Below, in pieces: positions 1-12,077 of a stretch of DNA of 64,000 nucleotides. The position numbers and the translations under genes are program-made. The notes beneath the pieces are model-generated. The model worked only from the letters and a program-made list of their open reading frames with translations. It made no database searches and was not told the DNA's origin. Position 1 is the first letter of the stretch, and the number at the start of each line of letters is the position of its first letter. Location: assembly GCA_039804105.1 (NCBI GenBank), contig JBDRZU010000001.1, positions 1-64,000 of the forward strand, given 5' to 3'. This DNA is from a candidate division WOR-3 bacterium. Its GTDB lineage: Bacteria; Hydrothermota; 32-111.

Positions 1-127
1 AGGGGAGAACACTGAGTTTATAGTTGAGTTGATAACGCCGGTTGCTATGGAGAAGGAGTTAAGGTTTGCTATAAGAGAAGGTGGAAGAACTGTTGGTGCC
101 GGTGTTGTAACTGAAATATTAGAATAA
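1..127 (+). CDS. tuf: Elongation factor Tu, C-terminal fragment (runs off window start)
   Basis: Frame from base 2 reads [41 protein letters not shown], the EF-Tu C-terminal signature; tuf-rpmG-secE synteny. Confidence 0.98.
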   Translation, partial: GENTEFIVELITPVAMEKELRFAIREGGRTVGAGVVTEILE

Positions 128-137
128 AGAGGAAAAG

Positions 138-287
138 ATGAGAGAGATAATAACAATGGTTTGTTCAGAATGTAAAAGAAAAAACTATATGACAACAAAG
201 AATAAGAAAAAACAGACAGAAAAACTTGAACTAAAAAAATATTGTAAATTTTGTAGAAAACATACTCTTCATAAAGAGGCAAAATAA
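138..287 (+). CDS. rpmG: 50S ribosomal protein L33 (Zn-ribbon, CxxC...CxxC type)
   Basis: Manually translated 49 aa [55 protein letters not shown] upstream; not in ORF track. Confidence 0.98.
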   Translation: MREIITMVCSECKRKNYMTTKNKKKQTEKLELKKYCKFCRKHTLHKEAK

Positions 288-293
288 ATGTTT

Positions 294-367
294 AGGGCAG
301 TAGCTCCAATTGGTAGAGCGTCGGTCTCCAAAACCGAATGTTGGGGGTTCGAGTCCCTCCTGCCCTG
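294..367 (+). tRNA. tRNA-Trp (anticodon CCA); 3' CCA not encoded
   Basis: Acceptor AGGGCAG/CTGCCCT, anticodon arm TCGGT-CTCCAAA-ACCGA, T-loop GGTTCGAGTCC; usual position between rpmG and secE. Confidence 0.97.
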
Positions 368-383
368 AATAAAAGGAGAATTT

Positions 384-575
384 ATGAAATGGTGGAAAAA
401 TTTTATTGAGTATCTCAGAGAAGTTAAAATTGAATTGAAAAAAGTTGTTTTACCTGATTCAAAATCTCTCTGGGGTTCAACACTTGTTGTTATAGTTGTA
501 TCGATTGTTTTGGGATTTGTTGTAGGAGGATTTGATCTTCTTATATCGAAAATTTTTAGTTTATTTACGAGGTAA
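384..575 (+). CDS. secE: Preprotein translocase subunit SecE
   Basis: ELKKVVLP motif plus single TM helix; upstream of nusG; AAGGAG SD. Confidence 0.95.
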   Translation: MKWWKNFIEYLREVKIELKKVVLPDSKSLWGSTLVVIVVSIVLGFVVGGFDLLISKIFSLFTR

Positions 576-577
576 TT

Positions 578-1111
578 ATGGATTGGTTTATGTTGCAAGT
601 TTATACTGGGTATGAAAAAAGAGCAAAAAAGTTGATTGAAGAAGAGTTGAAAATAAAAAATCTTCAGGATAAAGTTGACCAGATCTTTATACCTGTTGAA
701 AATGTTGTAAGGATAAGAAAAAGTAAAAAAGTGGTTCTTGAAAAGAACCTTTTCCCTGGATATGTTTTTATCCATATGGAGGATTCAAAAGAGATGATCC
801 AGTTTTTAACACAGATATGTGCGCAAACAACGTTCATATCTGGAAGAAAAAAACCTGTAAAGTTGAAAGCAGAAGACGCAAAAAAAATAGATGAACTTTT
901 AAACAATAAGGATAATGTCAGAGAGGTTCTCGAGATTCCTTTCAGAATAGGTGATAATGTAAAAATAATTTCTGGGCCTTTCAGAGATTTTAATGGTGTA
1001 GTTGAAGAAATCGATAAGGATAAAGAGAAGATGAAAGTAACAGTAACAATTTTTGGTAGATCAACACCTGTTGAACTATCATTTACACAAGCCGAATTGA
1101 TAGGCAAATAA
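578..1111 (+). CDS. nusG: Transcription termination/antitermination factor NusG
   Basis: LFPGYVF, KOW motif GDNVKIISGPF, IFGRSTPVEL. Confidence 0.97.
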   Translation: MDWFMLQVYTGYEKRAKKLIEEELKIKNLQDKVDQIFIPVENVVRIRKSKKVVLEKNLFPGYVFIHMEDSKEMIQFLTQICAQTTFISGRKKPVKLKAEDAKKIDELLNNKDNVREVLEIPFRIGDNVKIISGPFRDFNGVVEEIDKDKEKMKVTVTIFGRSTPVELSFTQAELIGK

Positions 1112-1128
1112 AAGCAAGGGGGAGATAA

Positions 1129-1554
1129 ATGGCAAAAAAAGTAGTTGCTATCGTAAAATTACAGGTTCCCGGAGGAGCTGCAACTCCAGCACCACCGGTT
1201 GGACCAATTCTTGGACAACATGGAATAAACCTAATGCAGTTCTGTAAGAATTTTAATGCAAAAACAGAAAAGCAAAAAGGTTTGATAATTCCTGTTGTTG
1301 TAACGGTTTATCAGGACAAATCTTTCACATTTATCACTAAGACCCCTCCAGCTTCTGTGCTTCTTTTGAAAGCAGCTGGACTTGAAAAAGGTTCAGGTGT
1401 TCCTAACAAACAGAAAGTTGGAAAGGTTAAACTTGAAGATGTGAAAAAAATTGCTGAGTTGAAAATGCCCGATCTTAATGCAAAGGATCTTGAAGGCGCT
1501 ATAAAAATGATCAAAGGAACAGCTCGTAGTATGGGCATCACAGTGGAGGAATAA
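1129..1554 (+). CDS. rplK: 50S ribosomal protein L11
   Basis: [23 protein letters not shown]. Confidence 0.99.
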   Translation: MAKKVVAIVKLQVPGGAATPAPPVGPILGQHGINLMQFCKNFNAKTEKQKGLIIPVVVTVYQDKSFTFITKTPPASVLLLKAAGLEKGSGVPNKQKVGKVKLEDVKKIAELKMPDLNAKDLEGAIKMIKGTARSMGITVEE

Positions 1555-2252
1555 TGAAAAGAGGAAAGAGAGTTATTGAAAACAAAAAACTTGTTGATAA
1601 AACGAAAAGGTATTCTATAGACGAAGCTATAGATATTTTGAAAAATAGCAAAAAAGCAAAATTTGATGAAACTGTTGAACTCGCAATACTTCTTGGAGTT
1701 GATCCAAAAAAATCTGATCAGATGGTGAGAGGTGCTACAACTCTTCCTCATGGAACAGGGAAAAAAGTAAAAGTGCTTGTTTTTGCTAACGGTGATAAAG
1801 CAAAAGAAGCGGTTGAAGCAGGTGCTGATTATGTTGGGGAAGATGATCTCATAGAGAAAATATCCAACGGATTTATGGATTTTGATCTTGTGATCTCAAC
1901 TCCTGATCTTATGAAAAAGATCGGAAAACTTGGAAAAATACTTGGAGTAAAAGGCCTTATGCCAAACCCAAAGGTTGGAACCGTAACAAACGATATCTCA
2001 AAAGTTGTTACTGAAGCAAAGAAAGGAAGAGTTCAATACAAAATCGATAAGAATGCAAACATTCATACGATCGTTGGAAAAATTTCTTTCAATAAAGAAC
2101 AATTAAAAGAAAATATAATCCATCTCCTGACTGAGATAAAACGCGCAAAACCTCAGTCAGCCAAAGGCACTTATTTTAAAAGTGTCACATTGTCAACAAC
2201 TATGGGTGTAGGAGTTCCTCTCGATACAGGGGAAATAAATTCAATCAAGTAA
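1554..2252 (+). CDS. rplA: 50S ribosomal protein L1
   Basis: KFDETVE, LPHGTGK, GLMPNPKVGTV, STTMG. Confidence 0.99.
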   Translation: MKRGKRVIENKKLVDKTKRYSIDEAIDILKNSKKAKFDETVELAILLGVDPKKSDQMVRGATTLPHGTGKKVKVLVFANGDKAKEAVEAGADYVGEDDLIEKISNGFMDFDLVISTPDLMKKIGKLGKILGVKGLMPNPKVGTVTNDISKVVTEAKKGRVQYKIDKNANIHTIVGKISFNKEQLKENIIHLLTEIKRAKPQSAKGTYFKSVTLSTTMGVGVPLDTGEINSIK

Positions 2253-2261
2253 GGAGTAAAA

Positions 2262-2801
2262 ATGGGCAATCCTAAAAAATTAGAACTCAAAAAAGAAACC
2301 GTAAAAACGATTGCTCAAAAATTGAAAGATGCAAAAGGGGTCTATCTTTCGGATTTTAAAGGTATGACCGTTGAACAGGTGAATGAGTTGAGAAGAACTT
2401 TTGATAAAGATAAAATAGAGTACAAAGTTATAAAAAACAGTACTCTATATTTTGCTTTCAAAGAGGTTTTTCCAGAGGAAAACATTGATATCGCTCTAAA
2501 AGGAAACACATCTGTTGCTTTTTCTTATGGAGATCCTGTTACACCTGCTAAAACGATAAAAGAATTTTTCAAAAAATACAAAAATCCGAAAGCTAAAATG
2601 GCAATTGTTGATGGGAAATTGTTTGATCAGAAAGCTGTTGATAAACTTGCAGAAATTCCTTCAAAAGAGGAGTTACTTTCCAATCTCGTTGGTTCAATAC
2701 AATCCCCCATCTACAATTTTGTATGGACTCTAAACGGCATCATCAGTGAATTCGTTTATACGGTTGAAGCTATTAAACAAAAAAAAGAGAATAATCAGTA
2801 A
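2262..2801 (+). CDS. rplJ: 50S ribosomal protein L10
   Basis: DFKGMTV..ELR, VIKNST, LAEIPSKEEL; between rplA and rplL. Confidence 0.97.
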   Translation: MGNPKKLELKKETVKTIAQKLKDAKGVYLSDFKGMTVEQVNELRRTFDKDKIEYKVIKNSTLYFAFKEVFPEENIDIALKGNTSVAFSYGDPVTPAKTIKEFFKKYKNPKAKMAIVDGKLFDQKAVDKLAEIPSKEELLSNLVGSIQSPIYNFVWTLNGIISEFVYTVEAIKQKKENNQ

Positions 2802-2810
2802 GGAGGAAAA

Positions 2811-3191
2811 ATGTCTGAAAATAAAGAAAAAATCATAGAGATGATCGAAAAGATGACGGTTCTTGAACTTGCAGAACTTGTTGAAGCTTTAAAGGAAAAA
2901 TTCGGAGTTACAGCAGCAGCACCGGTCGCTGTTGCTCAGGTAGCACAGGGTGGTGGACAGCAGTCAGCGGAAGCTGAAAAAACAACAGCAACAGTAGTTT
3001 TACATTCAGCAGGGCAATCAAAACTTCAGGTTATAAAAGTTGTTAAAGCGATTCTTAACATAGAACTCAAAGAGGCAAAAGAGATCGTTGATGCAGCACC
3101 AAAAGAGATAAAGAAAAATGTTCCAATGGAAGAAGCTGAAAAGATAAAAGAACAACTTGAACAGGCAGGAGCAGTTGTAGAGTTGAAGTAA
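2811..3191 (+). CDS. rplL: 50S ribosomal protein L7/L12
   Basis: [19 protein letters not shown], Ala/Gly hinge, [13 protein letters not shown]. Confidence 0.98.
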   Translation: MSENKEKIIEMIEKMTVLELAELVEALKEKFGVTAAAPVAVAQVAQGGGQQSAEAEKTTATVVLHSAGQSKLQVIKVVKAILNIELKEAKEIVDAAPKEIKKNVPMEEAEKIKEQLEQAGAVVELK

Positions 3192-3199
3192 AACTTTAA

Positions 3200-3222
3200 A
3201 AGGAGGGGAACTACCCCTCCTT
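3200..3222 (+). terminator. Hairpin between rplL and rpoB (probable attenuator or processing site)
   Basis: AAGGAGGGG-AACTA-CCCCTCCTT perfect 9-bp stem; weak U-tract on + strand. Confidence 0.55.
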
Positions 3223-3248
3223 CACAACAAAAAAGGAGTTGTGATTAA

Positions 3249-6200
3249 ATGAAAAGAATATCTTTTGCAAAGTTTAATTCAAATGTAAAATTACCATACC
3301 TTTTGACGATACAAAAGGAGTCCTTTGAACAATTTTTACAAGCAGATGTTCCTGCTGATAAGAGAAAATATCAGGGATTACAAAAGGTTCTTAAAGATGC
3401 GTTTCCAATAGATGATACGAATTCAAGGTTCAGTTTGGATTTTGTTAAATATGAACTCGAAGAACCTTTGTATTCTTTTGAAGAATGCAAATACAAAGGT
3501 CTTACCTATGCTGCACCTTTGAAGGTTACATTGAAAATGATATATAAAAATTTCAATGAAAAAACCGGTGAGCCAACCGGAACCATAAAAGATGTTATCG
3601 AACAGGATGTATTTTTATGTAGTATTCCATTGATGGGTGAAAATGGTACTTTTTTGATAAATGGTATTGAAAGGGTTGTTGTCAGTCAGATTCACAGATC
3701 ACCTGGAATATTTTTTACTATGGATGAGATGGAGGGTGGGAAATACTATTATACAGCACAGATATTACCAAACAAAGGATCTTGGCTTGAATTCAATGTT
3801 GATACAAACGAGATAATGTATGCAAATCTTGATCGAAAGAAAAGGTTTCCTGCGACGATTCTTTTAAAAGCATTTGGTTATGATAGTGTTGAAAAAATTT
3901 TTGGGCTATTGTTTTCAAAAGAAGAGTTGTCTTTTACAGAAAAAGATGTAAAAAATTTTGGACAGGAATTCAATTCGAAAATTTTATTTTCAAATATAAT
4001 TGATAAGAAAACTGGTGAAGTTCTTTTTGAAGCTGGAACAGTTATCACTCCAGCAGTTTTAAACTCATTACTTGAAAGAGAGATTTCCAAAATAAAAGTT
4101 GTAAAAACTGAAAATGAAACAGCGTTAAATGTTGTTTTGAATACTCTTAAAAAGGATCCAACAACTGGGATGGAAGATGCTCTTGAAAAAATCTTCTTTT
4201 ATCTTAAAGGTACAAATCCGGCAACAACTGAAATAGCACAAAAATTTTTTGAAGCAGCATTTTTCACAGCTGAAAGGTATGAACTTGGAAAAGTTGGAAG
4301 ATTGAAATTGAACGAGAAACTCGAACATAAGATTGACCCAAACAATTTTGCATTGACAAAAGAGGATCTGATACATTCGATCAAAAAACTTCTGTTTGCT
4401 GTTGACCCAAAAAATCAGTTCGATTTTGATGATATAGATCATCTTGGAAGTAGAAGGATTAGAAGGGTTGGTGAACTACTCGAAAACCAATTCGAACAGG
4501 CATTTGCAAAGATGGCTAAAAATATTAGGGAAAGAATGATGATGAAGGAACAGGTCACACCAAAAGAACTTATAAATGCAAGACTTGTATCTTCAACTAT
4601 TCTTTCATTCTTCTCAACAAGTCAATTGTCACAATTCTTGGAACAAACAAACCCACTTGCTGAACTGACACATAAAAGAAGGATCTCAGCGTTAGGTCCA
4701 GGTGGTTTGACAAGAGAAACTGCTGGATTTGAGGTGCGCGATGTTCATCATTCACATTATGGTAGAATATGTCCTATCGAAACACCTGAAGGACAGAACA
4801 TAGGACTTATCACTTCACTTTCAACTTATGCAAGAATCAATGAGTATGGTTTTATTGAAACACCTTACAGAAAGGTTGTTAAAGGAAAAGTAACGAATAC
4901 TGTTGAGTATTTAACAGCAGATCAGGAAGATAAATATTTTATAGCACAGGCAAACTCACCTTTGAATGATGATGGAACATTTAAAAACAAAATGGTTCTT
5001 TGCAGAAAGAAGGGAGAATACCCACTTGTACCTGCTGAAGAAGTTGATTATATAGATGTCTCTCCAAAACAGATAGTCAGTCCATCAACATCACTCATAC
5101 CATTTTTAGAACATGACGATGCGAACAGAGCGTTGATGGGTTCAAACATGCAAAGACAGGCTGTTCCTTTGTTGAAACCATCTTCACCAATAGTGGGAAC
5201 AGGAGTTGAAAAACAGATTGCGATTGATTCCGGTGCTCTTGTTATAGCAAAAAATGATGGTGTTGTTGAAGAGGTAACAGCTGACTATATTAAGATTAAA
5301 CTTGATAACAAAACAACAGAAAATATTTTTGATGAGGAAGCTGGATACGACATATATAGGTTGAAAAATTTTGAAAGAACCAACCAGGATACAACAATAA
5401 TTCAAAGACCACTTGTAAATGTTGGTCAGAAGGTAAAGGCAGGAGATATACTTGCTGATGGACACTCGTGTGAAAAAGGGGAACTCGCTTTAGGTCAGAA
5501 TGTTCTTGTAGCATTTTTACCATGGTATGGTTACAATTTTGAGGATGCTATAGTTGTTTCTGAAAGGTTGTTAACTGAAGATGCTTTCACTTCGATACAT
5601 ATAAAAGAACTCGAAATTGTTTTAAGGGAAACAAAACTTGGACCAGAAGAGTTCACAAGAGAACTTCCAAGTGTGAGCGAAGAAGCTGTTGCAAACCTTG
5701 ATGCTAACGGAATAATAATGATAGGTTCAAAAGTACAACCTGGAGATATCCTTGTTGGTAAAGTTACTCCAAAAGGAGAAATAGAACTCACTCCCGAAGA
5801 AAAACTTTTAAGAGCGATATTTGGAGAAAAAGCGAGTGATGTAAGAGACACATCACTTAAAGTTCCACCGGGAATAAGTGGAGTCGTTGTTGATGTGAGA
5901 GTCCTTTCAAGAGAAAGTAAAAAGAAAGAGATAGTTGAAAAACAACTGATAAAAGAAGTTGAAGAAAAGATTAAAAGAATTATGAAGAAAAGGAATGAAT
6001 ATTTAAAAGAACTTCTCGTTGATAAAAAGTTGAACGAATCTTTGAAAGATATCTATGGTAAAGTCGTCGTTAGAAAAGGCACAAGAATAACACCTGAGAT
6101 GATCAAAAAACTTGATTTCTCAAAGATAATATTTGATAAGGAAGTTTTACCTGATGATTACAAAAAAGTTAACAAAATAATAAGAGATGCAAGTAACGCA

Positions 6201-7046
6201 ATAAATAAGATAAAAAATAGAATAGGAGAGGACTCAATAGATCAGTTACATGGCGATGAGTTACCAAACGGTGTTTTAAAGGTTGTCAAAGTGTTTATCG
6301 CACAGAAAAGAAACATACAGGTTGGAGATAAACTTGCAGGAAGACATGGTAACAAAGGTGTGATAGCTAAAATAGTGCCTGTTGAAGATATGCCATACAT
6401 GGCTGATGGAACTCCAATAGATATAGTGTTAAATCCACTTGGAGTATCAAGCAGAATGAATATTGGACAGGTGCTTGAAACTTTACTTGGCTATGTTGGA
6501 TACAAAAAAGGCGAAAAATATTCCTCACCAGTTTTTGAAGGCGCTACAATTGATGAGATAAAAAAACTTATGAGTGAGGTGGGAAATCCAACTGGGAAAA
6601 TGGTTTTGTACGATGGGAAAACAGGTGAGCCGTTTGATGAACCTGTTACTGTTGGGAACATGTATATGTTGAAACTTTCACATATGGTTGAAGATAAAAT
6701 ACATGCCAGAGCTACTGGCCCTTATTCGTTGATAAGCCAGCAGCCTCTTGGTGGTAAAGCACAGTTTGGAGGTCAGAGGTTTGGTGAAATGGAGGTCTGG
6801 GCTCTTGAGGCATATGGAGCCGCATACACATTACAAGAGATGTTGACCGTCAAATCAGATGATGTTAAAGGAAGAACCGATCTATATGAATCTATAGTAA
6901 AAGGTAAAAATCCACCAGAACCAGGATTACCTGCAGCGTTCAATGTCCTTGTAAAAGAGATGAACGGATTGTGCCTTGATGTTATTTTAGGAAAAGAGGA
7001 AGATCTGAAAGATGAACGTAATGAGAGAAAAGAACCTTTAGAATAA
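3249..7046 (+). CDS. rpoB: RNA polymerase beta subunit
   Basis: [38 protein letters not shown]. Confidence 0.99.
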   Translation: MKRISFAKFNSNVKLPYLLTIQKESFEQFLQADVPADKRKYQGLQKVLKDAFPIDDTNSRFSLDFVKYELEEPLYSFEECKYKGLTYAAPLKVTLKMIYKNFNEKTGEPTGTIKDVIEQDVFLCSIPLMGENGTFLINGIERVVVSQIHRSPGIFFTMDEMEGGKYYYTAQILPNKGSWLEFNVDTNEIMYANLDRKKRFPATILLKAFGYDSVEKIFGLLFSKEELSFTEKDVKNFGQEFNSKILFSNIIDKKTGEVLFEAGTVITPAVLNSLLEREISKIKVVKTENETALNVVLNTLKKDPTTGMEDALEKIFFYLKGTNPATTEIAQKFFEAAFFTAERYELGKVGRLKLNEKLEHKIDPNNFALTKEDLIHSIKKLLFAVDPKNQFDFDDIDHLGSRRIRRVGELLENQFEQAFAKMAKNIRERMMMKEQVTPKELINARLVSSTILSFFSTSQLSQFLEQTNPLAELTHKRRISALGPGGLTRETAGFEVRDVHHSHYGRICPIETPEGQNIGLITSLSTYARINEYGFIETPYRKVVKGKVTNTVEYLTADQEDKYFIAQANSPLNDDGTFKNKMVLCRKKGEYPLVPAEEVDYIDVSPKQIVSPSTSLIPFLEHDDANRALMGSNMQRQAVPLLKPSSPIVGTGVEKQIAIDSGALVIAKNDGVVEEVTADYIKIKLDNKTTENIFDEEAGYDIYRLKNFERTNQDTTIIQRPLVNVGQKVKAGDILADGHSCEKGELALGQNVLVAFLPWYGYNFEDAIVVSERLLTEDAFTSIHIKELEIVLRETKLGPEEFTRELPSVSEEAVANLDANGIIMIGSKVQPGDILVGKVTPKGEIELTPEEKLLRAIFGEKASDVRDTSLKVPPGISGVVVDVRVLSRESKKKEIVEKQLIKEVEEKIKRIMKKRNEYLKELLVDKKLNESLKDIYGKVVVRKGTRITPEMIKKLDFSKIIFDKEVLPDDYKKVNKIIRDASNAINKIKNRIGEDSIDQLHGDELPNGVLKVVKVFIAQKRNIQVGDKLAGRHGNKGVIAKIVPVEDMPYMADGTPIDIVLNPLGVSSRMNIGQVLETLLGYVGYKKGEKYSSPVFEGATIDEIKKLMSEVGNPTGKMVLYDGKTGEPFDEPVTVGNMYMLKLSHMVEDKIHARATGPYSLISQQPLGGKAQFGGQRFGEMEVWALEAYGAAYTLQEMLTVKSDDVKGRTDLYESIVKGKNPPEPGLPAAFNVLVKEMNGLCLDVILGKEEDLKDERNERKEPLE

Positions 7047-7059
7047 AAAGGAGAAAAAA

Positions 7060-10000
7060 ATGGCTGAAGATAAAATCAAACAGAAAAAAATCCTCAGACC
7101 TATAGATTTTGATTATATACAGTTAAAACTTCTCTCACCTGAAAAAATTCTACAACTTTCAAGTGGTGAAGTTTTAAAAGCTGAAACAATAAATTATAGA
7201 ACTCAAAAACCTGAAAGGGATGGACTTTTCTGTGAAAGGATATTTGGACCTGTAAAGGACTATGAGTGTAACTGTGGTAAATATAAACATGTAAGATATA
7301 GAGGGATCGTTTGCGAAAGATGCGGTGTTGAAGTGACATTGTCGAAAGTTAGAAGAGAAAGGATGGGACACATTGAACTCGCTGTTCCAATAGCACATGT
7401 ATGGTTTTATAAATCAACTCCATGCAGAATAGGTATTCTTCTCAATATGAAAACACAGGATCTTGAAAAGATCTTGTACTATAATGCTTACGCAATTATA
7501 GATCCAGGAAAAACTGGTCTTGCAAAAGGTGATGTTATAACTGAAGAAAAATATCAACAACTTCTTGATGAATACGGTGATACTTTTAAGGCGATGATGG
7601 GCGCTGAAGCGATTTATGAACTTTTAAAAGATTTAAATCTTGATGAACTTTCTTTAGAGTTAAGGATGCAGGTAAGAAACGAGAGTGGGAGTGATAGTTC
7701 CGATAAAAAGAAAAAGATTTTGAAAAGGTTACGACTAGTTGAATCGTTCAGAAAATCTGGAAACAAACCTGAATGGATGATACTTTTTAGATTACCTGTT
7801 ATTCCACCAGATCTGAGACCACTTGTAGCTCTCGATGGTGGAAGATTCGCAACGAGTGATCTTAACGATCTTTACAGAAGAGTTATTTCAAGAAACAATA
7901 GGTTGAAAAATCTTATCCAGACAAACGCCCCAGACATAATTTTGAAAAATGAAAAAAGGATGCTTCAGGAAGCGGTTGACGCTCTTCTTGATAACACAAA
8001 GAGAGGGAAACCGATAAAAGGTAGAGGAAACAGAGCGTTAAAATCTTTGACAGATTCATTAAAAGGTAAAAATGGTAGATTCAGGCAGAATCTTTTAGGA
8101 AAGAGAGTCGACTATTCTGGAAGAAGTGTTATCGTTGTAGGTCCTGAATTAAAAATCTATCAGTGTGGACTTCCGAAAGAGATGGCCCTCGAACTTTTCA
8201 AACCATTCATAATACAGAAACTCGAAGAGAGGAAAATAGCAAGTGGAATCAAAAACGCTAAAAAGATTATAGATGCTGAATCAAAAGAGGTATGGAAAAT
8301 CCTTGAAGAGATAATCGAAGATCACCCTGTTCTTCTCAATAGAGCCCCAACATTGCACAGATTGGGTATTCAGGCGTTTCAGCCAGTTTTGATTGAAGGT
8401 AAGGCGATAAGATTGCATCCTCTTGTTTGTACTGCGTTCAACGCTGATTTCGATGGTGATCAGATGGCTGTTCATATTCCACTTTCTTATGAAGCAAGAG
8501 TTGAAGCACAACTTTTAATGCTTTCTGCAAACAATCTTTTGTCACCAGCACATGGTGGTCCCATTGTGACTCCTACACACGATATGGTTGTAGGAATGTA
8601 CTATTTAACCGCTAAAAAGGATGAATTGAAAAAAGAAATTGGGGAAAAGGTTCTTGATAGTTTTGATGAAGCGTATTATCTTTATGAAAATAAAATTTTG
8701 AAAATCCACACTCCTGTGAAGTTTGTATACAAAAATCAGGTGTTCGAAACGACAATCGGAAGAATTATTTTTAACAGTTTCTTGCCTGAAAAGTTAAGGT
8801 TTATTAACGATACTATCGATAAAAAGAAACTTCAACAACTTCTTTACAACGCTTTCTGGAATGTTTCCAACAGGGAAATGATAGAACTTCTTGATAACAT
8901 AAAAGAGAAAGGGTTTTATTTCTCAACGATCTCAGGATTGACTTTTGGAATAGATGATATGATCGTTCCAAAAGAAAAGGATGAAATAATCGAAAGAACA
9001 CAGAAAGAGGTCGATAGAATTAACAGAGAACACAGCAAGGGGGGGACAACAACTGAAAAGGAAAGATATGAAAGGGTAAAAAGTGCCTGGTTGAAAGCAA
9101 CAGATGACATTCAGAAGATCGTTGAAAAGAGGTTAAAAGAGGATAAAAATGGTTTCAACCCAATATATATGATCGTTGGTTCCGGAGCGAGAGGAAACAT
9201 TGAACAGGTCAGACAGTTGATCGGTATAAGGGGTTTGATGCAAAGACCTCAGAAAAAATTAACCGGTGAAGAGGTTATTGAAACTCCGGTAAAATCAAAT
9301 TTCAAGGAAGGATTACAGGTTGTTGAATATTTTATTTCAACACATGGTTCAAGAAAAGGATTAACCGATACAGCGTTAAAAACAGCTGAAGCAGGTTATC
9401 TTACAAGAAAACTTGTTGATGTTGCACAGGATGTTATAATCACAGAAGAGGACTGCGGAACGATACTCGGTATAGAGGTAACACCGATAAGAGAAAAAGG
9501 TGTAGTAAAAAAATTGAGCGAACTTGTTGAAGGTAGGTTCTCACTTGAAGATGTCTATGGAAAGGATATCGAAAAGGGAATAATCGTTCATGAGAATGAA
9601 GAGATCACTCATGAAAAAGCGTTAAGATTGGATGAGGAAGGAATAGAAAAGATAAAGATAAGATCAGTCCTTACTTGTGAAGCGAAACATGGATTGTGTC
9701 AGAAATGTTATGGAAGAAATCTTGCAACAGGAAGGTTGGTTGAAATAGGTGAAGCTGTTGGAGTCATGGCTGCACAATCGATAGGAGAACCGGGAACACA
9801 GTTGACATTGAAAACCTTCCATATCGGTGGTACTGCTGGAGGATTGGCAGAAGAAACTTCAATCAAAGCGAAAGAGGAAGGAAAAGTAAAATTTGTTCAT
9901 CTAAAGATTTTGAAAAATGAAAAGGGTGAAGACATAAGTGCTGGAAAGGATGCAAAGATCCAGATACTTGATGAAAACAACAAAGTTAAATATGATCTGA

Positions 10001-11154
10001 GTGTTCCCCCTGCCTCACATATCCTTGTAAAAGATGGGCAGATGGTAACAAAGGATACAGAACTTTTCACAAGGGATCCTTATTCGACTGTAGAACTTGC
10101 GAACTATTCTGGAATCGTGAAATTCAAAGATATAAAAGAAGAGTATAATGTTAGAAGTGAAATAATTGGAAGCGATGAAATTTTTGTTGTCATTGGAACA
10201 AAGGATAAAAGTTTAAATCCTCGAGTCGAAATAGTAGATAGAACAAACAACAATGTTTTGAGAAGTATTTCAGTCAAAGTTGGATCATACATAATGGTCA
10301 AAAATGGAACAAAGGTTGAACCTGGAACCATTATTTTGAAAACTCCTAAAGCTAAAGCAACAGCAAGTGATATAACAGGTGGACTTCCAAGAGTGACAGA
10401 ACTGTTTGACGCAAGGGTTCCAAAAGAGAAAGCTGTGATTTCAGAAGTCGATGGAATAGTTGAAATTGGAGAAACCAAGAAAGGAACAGGAGAGCAGATA
10501 GTTTATGTTATAACACCAAATGGTAGTAAAAAGGAGTACAGGATCCCAAGAGGCAAACATATCCTCGTTTATGAAGGAGAAGAGGTTAAAGCGGGTGATA
10601 AACTGTGTGATGGTTCTGTTGATCCACATGATTTGATGAGGATTAAAGATATTGGTGATGTTGCAAACTTTTTGATGAACCAGATACAGGAAGTTTACAG
10701 AGCACAGGGAGTTAACATAGATAACAAACATATATCAGTTATTATACGACAGATGATAAAATATGTTAAAATCACCGATCCAGGTGAAACAGATTTTATC
10801 CAGGGTGAAATAGTTGAAAAGAAAGATGTTGACCTTGAGAATGAAAGGGTAAGAGAAAGAGGTGAAAGACCAGCTCTTTACACAAGGTTGTTGATGGGTA
10901 TCACAAAAGCATCGTTGAATGCAAAATCGTTCATATCAGCAGCATCTTTCCAGGAAACAACAAGAGTATTGACAGATGCAGCAATAAATGGTAGCATAGA
11001 TTATTTGAATGGCTTAAAAGAGAATGTTATAATCGGAAACCTGTTGCCAGCAGGAACCGGTTTTAGAAAATTCAGAAAAATTGAAGAAGAGGATATAGAA
11101 GAAATTTTTACAGATAATGAACTTTATCAACAAACATCTGTAACGGAGGAGTAA
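7060..11154 (+). CDS. rpoC: RNA polymerase beta' subunit
   Basis: [12 protein letters not shown] catalytic motif, N-terminal Zn ribbon, [12 protein letters not shown]. Confidence 0.99.
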   Translation: MAEDKIKQKKILRPIDFDYIQLKLLSPEKILQLSSGEVLKAETINYRTQKPERDGLFCERIFGPVKDYECNCGKYKHVRYRGIVCERCGVEVTLSKVRRERMGHIELAVPIAHVWFYKSTPCRIGILLNMKTQDLEKILYYNAYAIIDPGKTGLAKGDVITEEKYQQLLDEYGDTFKAMMGAEAIYELLKDLNLDELSLELRMQVRNESGSDSSDKKKKILKRLRLVESFRKSGNKPEWMILFRLPVIPPDLRPLVALDGGRFATSDLNDLYRRVISRNNRLKNLIQTNAPDIILKNEKRMLQEAVDALLDNTKRGKPIKGRGNRALKSLTDSLKGKNGRFRQNLLGKRVDYSGRSVIVVGPELKIYQCGLPKEMALELFKPFIIQKLEERKIASGIKNAKKIIDAESKEVWKILEEIIEDHPVLLNRAPTLHRLGIQAFQPVLIEGKAIRLHPLVCTAFNADFDGDQMAVHIPLSYEARVEAQLLMLSANNLLSPAHGGPIVTPTHDMVVGMYYLTAKKDELKKEIGEKVLDSFDEAYYLYENKILKIHTPVKFVYKNQVFETTIGRIIFNSFLPEKLRFINDTIDKKKLQQLLYNAFWNVSNREMIELLDNIKEKGFYFSTISGLTFGIDDMIVPKEKDEIIERTQKEVDRINREHSKGGTTTEKERYERVKSAWLKATDDIQKIVEKRLKEDKNGFNPIYMIVGSGARGNIEQVRQLIGIRGLMQRPQKKLTGEEVIETPVKSNFKEGLQVVEYFISTHGSRKGLTDTALKTAEAGYLTRKLVDVAQDVIITEEDCGTILGIEVTPIREKGVVKKLSELVEGRFSLEDVYGKDIEKGIIVHENEEITHEKALRLDEEGIEKIKIRSVLTCEAKHGLCQKCYGRNLATGRLVEIGEAVGVMAAQSIGEPGTQLTLKTFHIGGTAGGLAEETSIKAKEEGKVKFVHLKILKNEKGEDISAGKDAKIQILDENNKVKYDLSVPPASHILVKDGQMVTKDTELFTRDPYSTVELANYSGIVKFKDIKEEYNVRSEIIGSDEIFVVIGTKDKSLNPRVEIVDRTNNNVLRSISVKVGSYIMVKNGTKVEPGTIILKTPKAKATASDITGGLPRVTELFDARVPKEKAVISEVDGIVEIGETKKGTGEQIVYVITPNGSKKEYRIPRGKHILVYEGEEVKAGDKLCDGSVDPHDLMRIKDIGDVANFLMNQIQEVYRAQGVNIDNKHISVIIRQMIKYVKITDPGETDFIQGEIVEKKDVDLENERVRERGERPALYTRLLMGITKASLNAKSFISAASFQETTRVLTDAAINGSIDYLNGLKENVIIGNLLPAGTGFRKFRKIEEEDIEEIFTDNELYQQTSVTEE

Positions 11155-11159
11155 ATTGT

Positions 11160-11540
11160 ATGCCAACAATTAATCAACTTGTAAGAAACAAAAGGAAAAA
11201 AGTAACTAAAAAGACCAAATCACCGGCTTTGAAAGCAGCACCTCAGAAAAGAGGAATATGTGTTAGAGTTTATACAACCAAACCTAAAAAACCAAATTCA
11301 GCTCTGAGAAAAGTTGCAAGAGTTAGATTGTCAAACGGGTACGAAGTTACAGCGTATATTCCCGGTGAAGGTCATAATCTTCAAGAACACTCTGTTGTTT
11401 TGATAAGAGGTGGAAGGGTTAAAGATCTTCCTGGAGTTAGATACCATGTTATAAGAGGTGTTTACGATTCCGCTGGAGTTGAAAATAGAAGAAGATCAAG
11501 ATCCCTTTACGGTGCAAAAAAACCAAAACAAACTACATAA
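11160..11540 (+). CDS. rpsL: 30S ribosomal protein S12
   Basis: [20 protein letters not shown]. Confidence 0.99.
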   Translation: MPTINQLVRNKRKKVTKKTKSPALKAAPQKRGICVRVYTTKPKKPNSALRKVARVRLSNGYEVTAYIPGEGHNLQEHSVVLIRGGRVKDLPGVRYHVIRGVYDSAGVENRRRSRSLYGAKKPKQTT

Positions 11541-11555
11541 AGGGGGTTTTAAAAT

Positions 11556-12029
11556 ATGCCAAGAAGAATTAGAGTTCTGCCAAAAAGAGAGTATGCAGAT
11601 CCAAGATACAAGAGTTTAACAGCAGGTAAATTCATCAACAACATCATGAAAAAAGGAAAAAAATCTATAGCACTTAAAATTTTTTATGATGCTTTGGAAA
11701 TCCTTGCAAAGAAGACAGGAGAGGATGGTTATCAGGTTTTTGAAAAAGCGTTAAATAATGTTAAACCTGTTGTTGAAGTTAGACCTAAAAGGATCGGTGG
11801 AGCCACATATCAGGTTCCTATGGAAGTTAAACCTGAAAGAAAACTTGCTCTTGCTATAAGATGGATTCTTGAAGCCGCACATGCAAGAAACGATCATTCG
11901 ATGGCTGAAAAGTTAGCGAATGAACTTTTAGCATGTTATAAGAAAGAGAACAGTGCTGCTTTGAAGAAAAGGGAAGATACTCACAGAATGGCAGAAGCGA
12001 ACAAGGCCTACGCTCATTTCAGATTTTAA
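11556..12029 (+). CDS. rpsG: 30S ribosomal protein S7
   Basis: RIGGATYQVP, HRMAEANKAYAH. Confidence 0.99.
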   Translation: MPRRIRVLPKREYADPRYKSLTAGKFINNIMKKGKKSIALKIFYDALEILAKKTGEDGYQVFEKALNNVKPVVEVRPKRIGGATYQVPMEVKPERKLALAIRWILEAAHARNDHSMAEKLANELLACYKKENSAALKKREDTHRMAEANKAYAHFRF

Positions 12030-12043
12030 TTTTTAATATTTTT

Positions 12044-12075
12044 AAAAAGCCCATTTATCAATGGGCTTTTTTTTT
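12044..12075 (+). terminator. Rho-independent terminator between rpsG and fusA
   Basis: AAAAA-GCCCATT-TATC-AATGGGC-T9, ending 2 nt before the fusA ATG. Confidence 0.85.
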
Positions 12076-12077
12076 AT

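Noticed and set aside
269..775. 168-aa minus-strand ORF
   Set aside because: Antisense to tRNA-Trp, secE and nusG; its GRRDSNPQ..LETDALP segment is the typical translation of an antisense tRNA
3249..11154. Possible inteins, splits or frameshifts in rpoB/rpoC
   Set aside because: Both ORFs are continuous, of normal length, with no intein motifs seen
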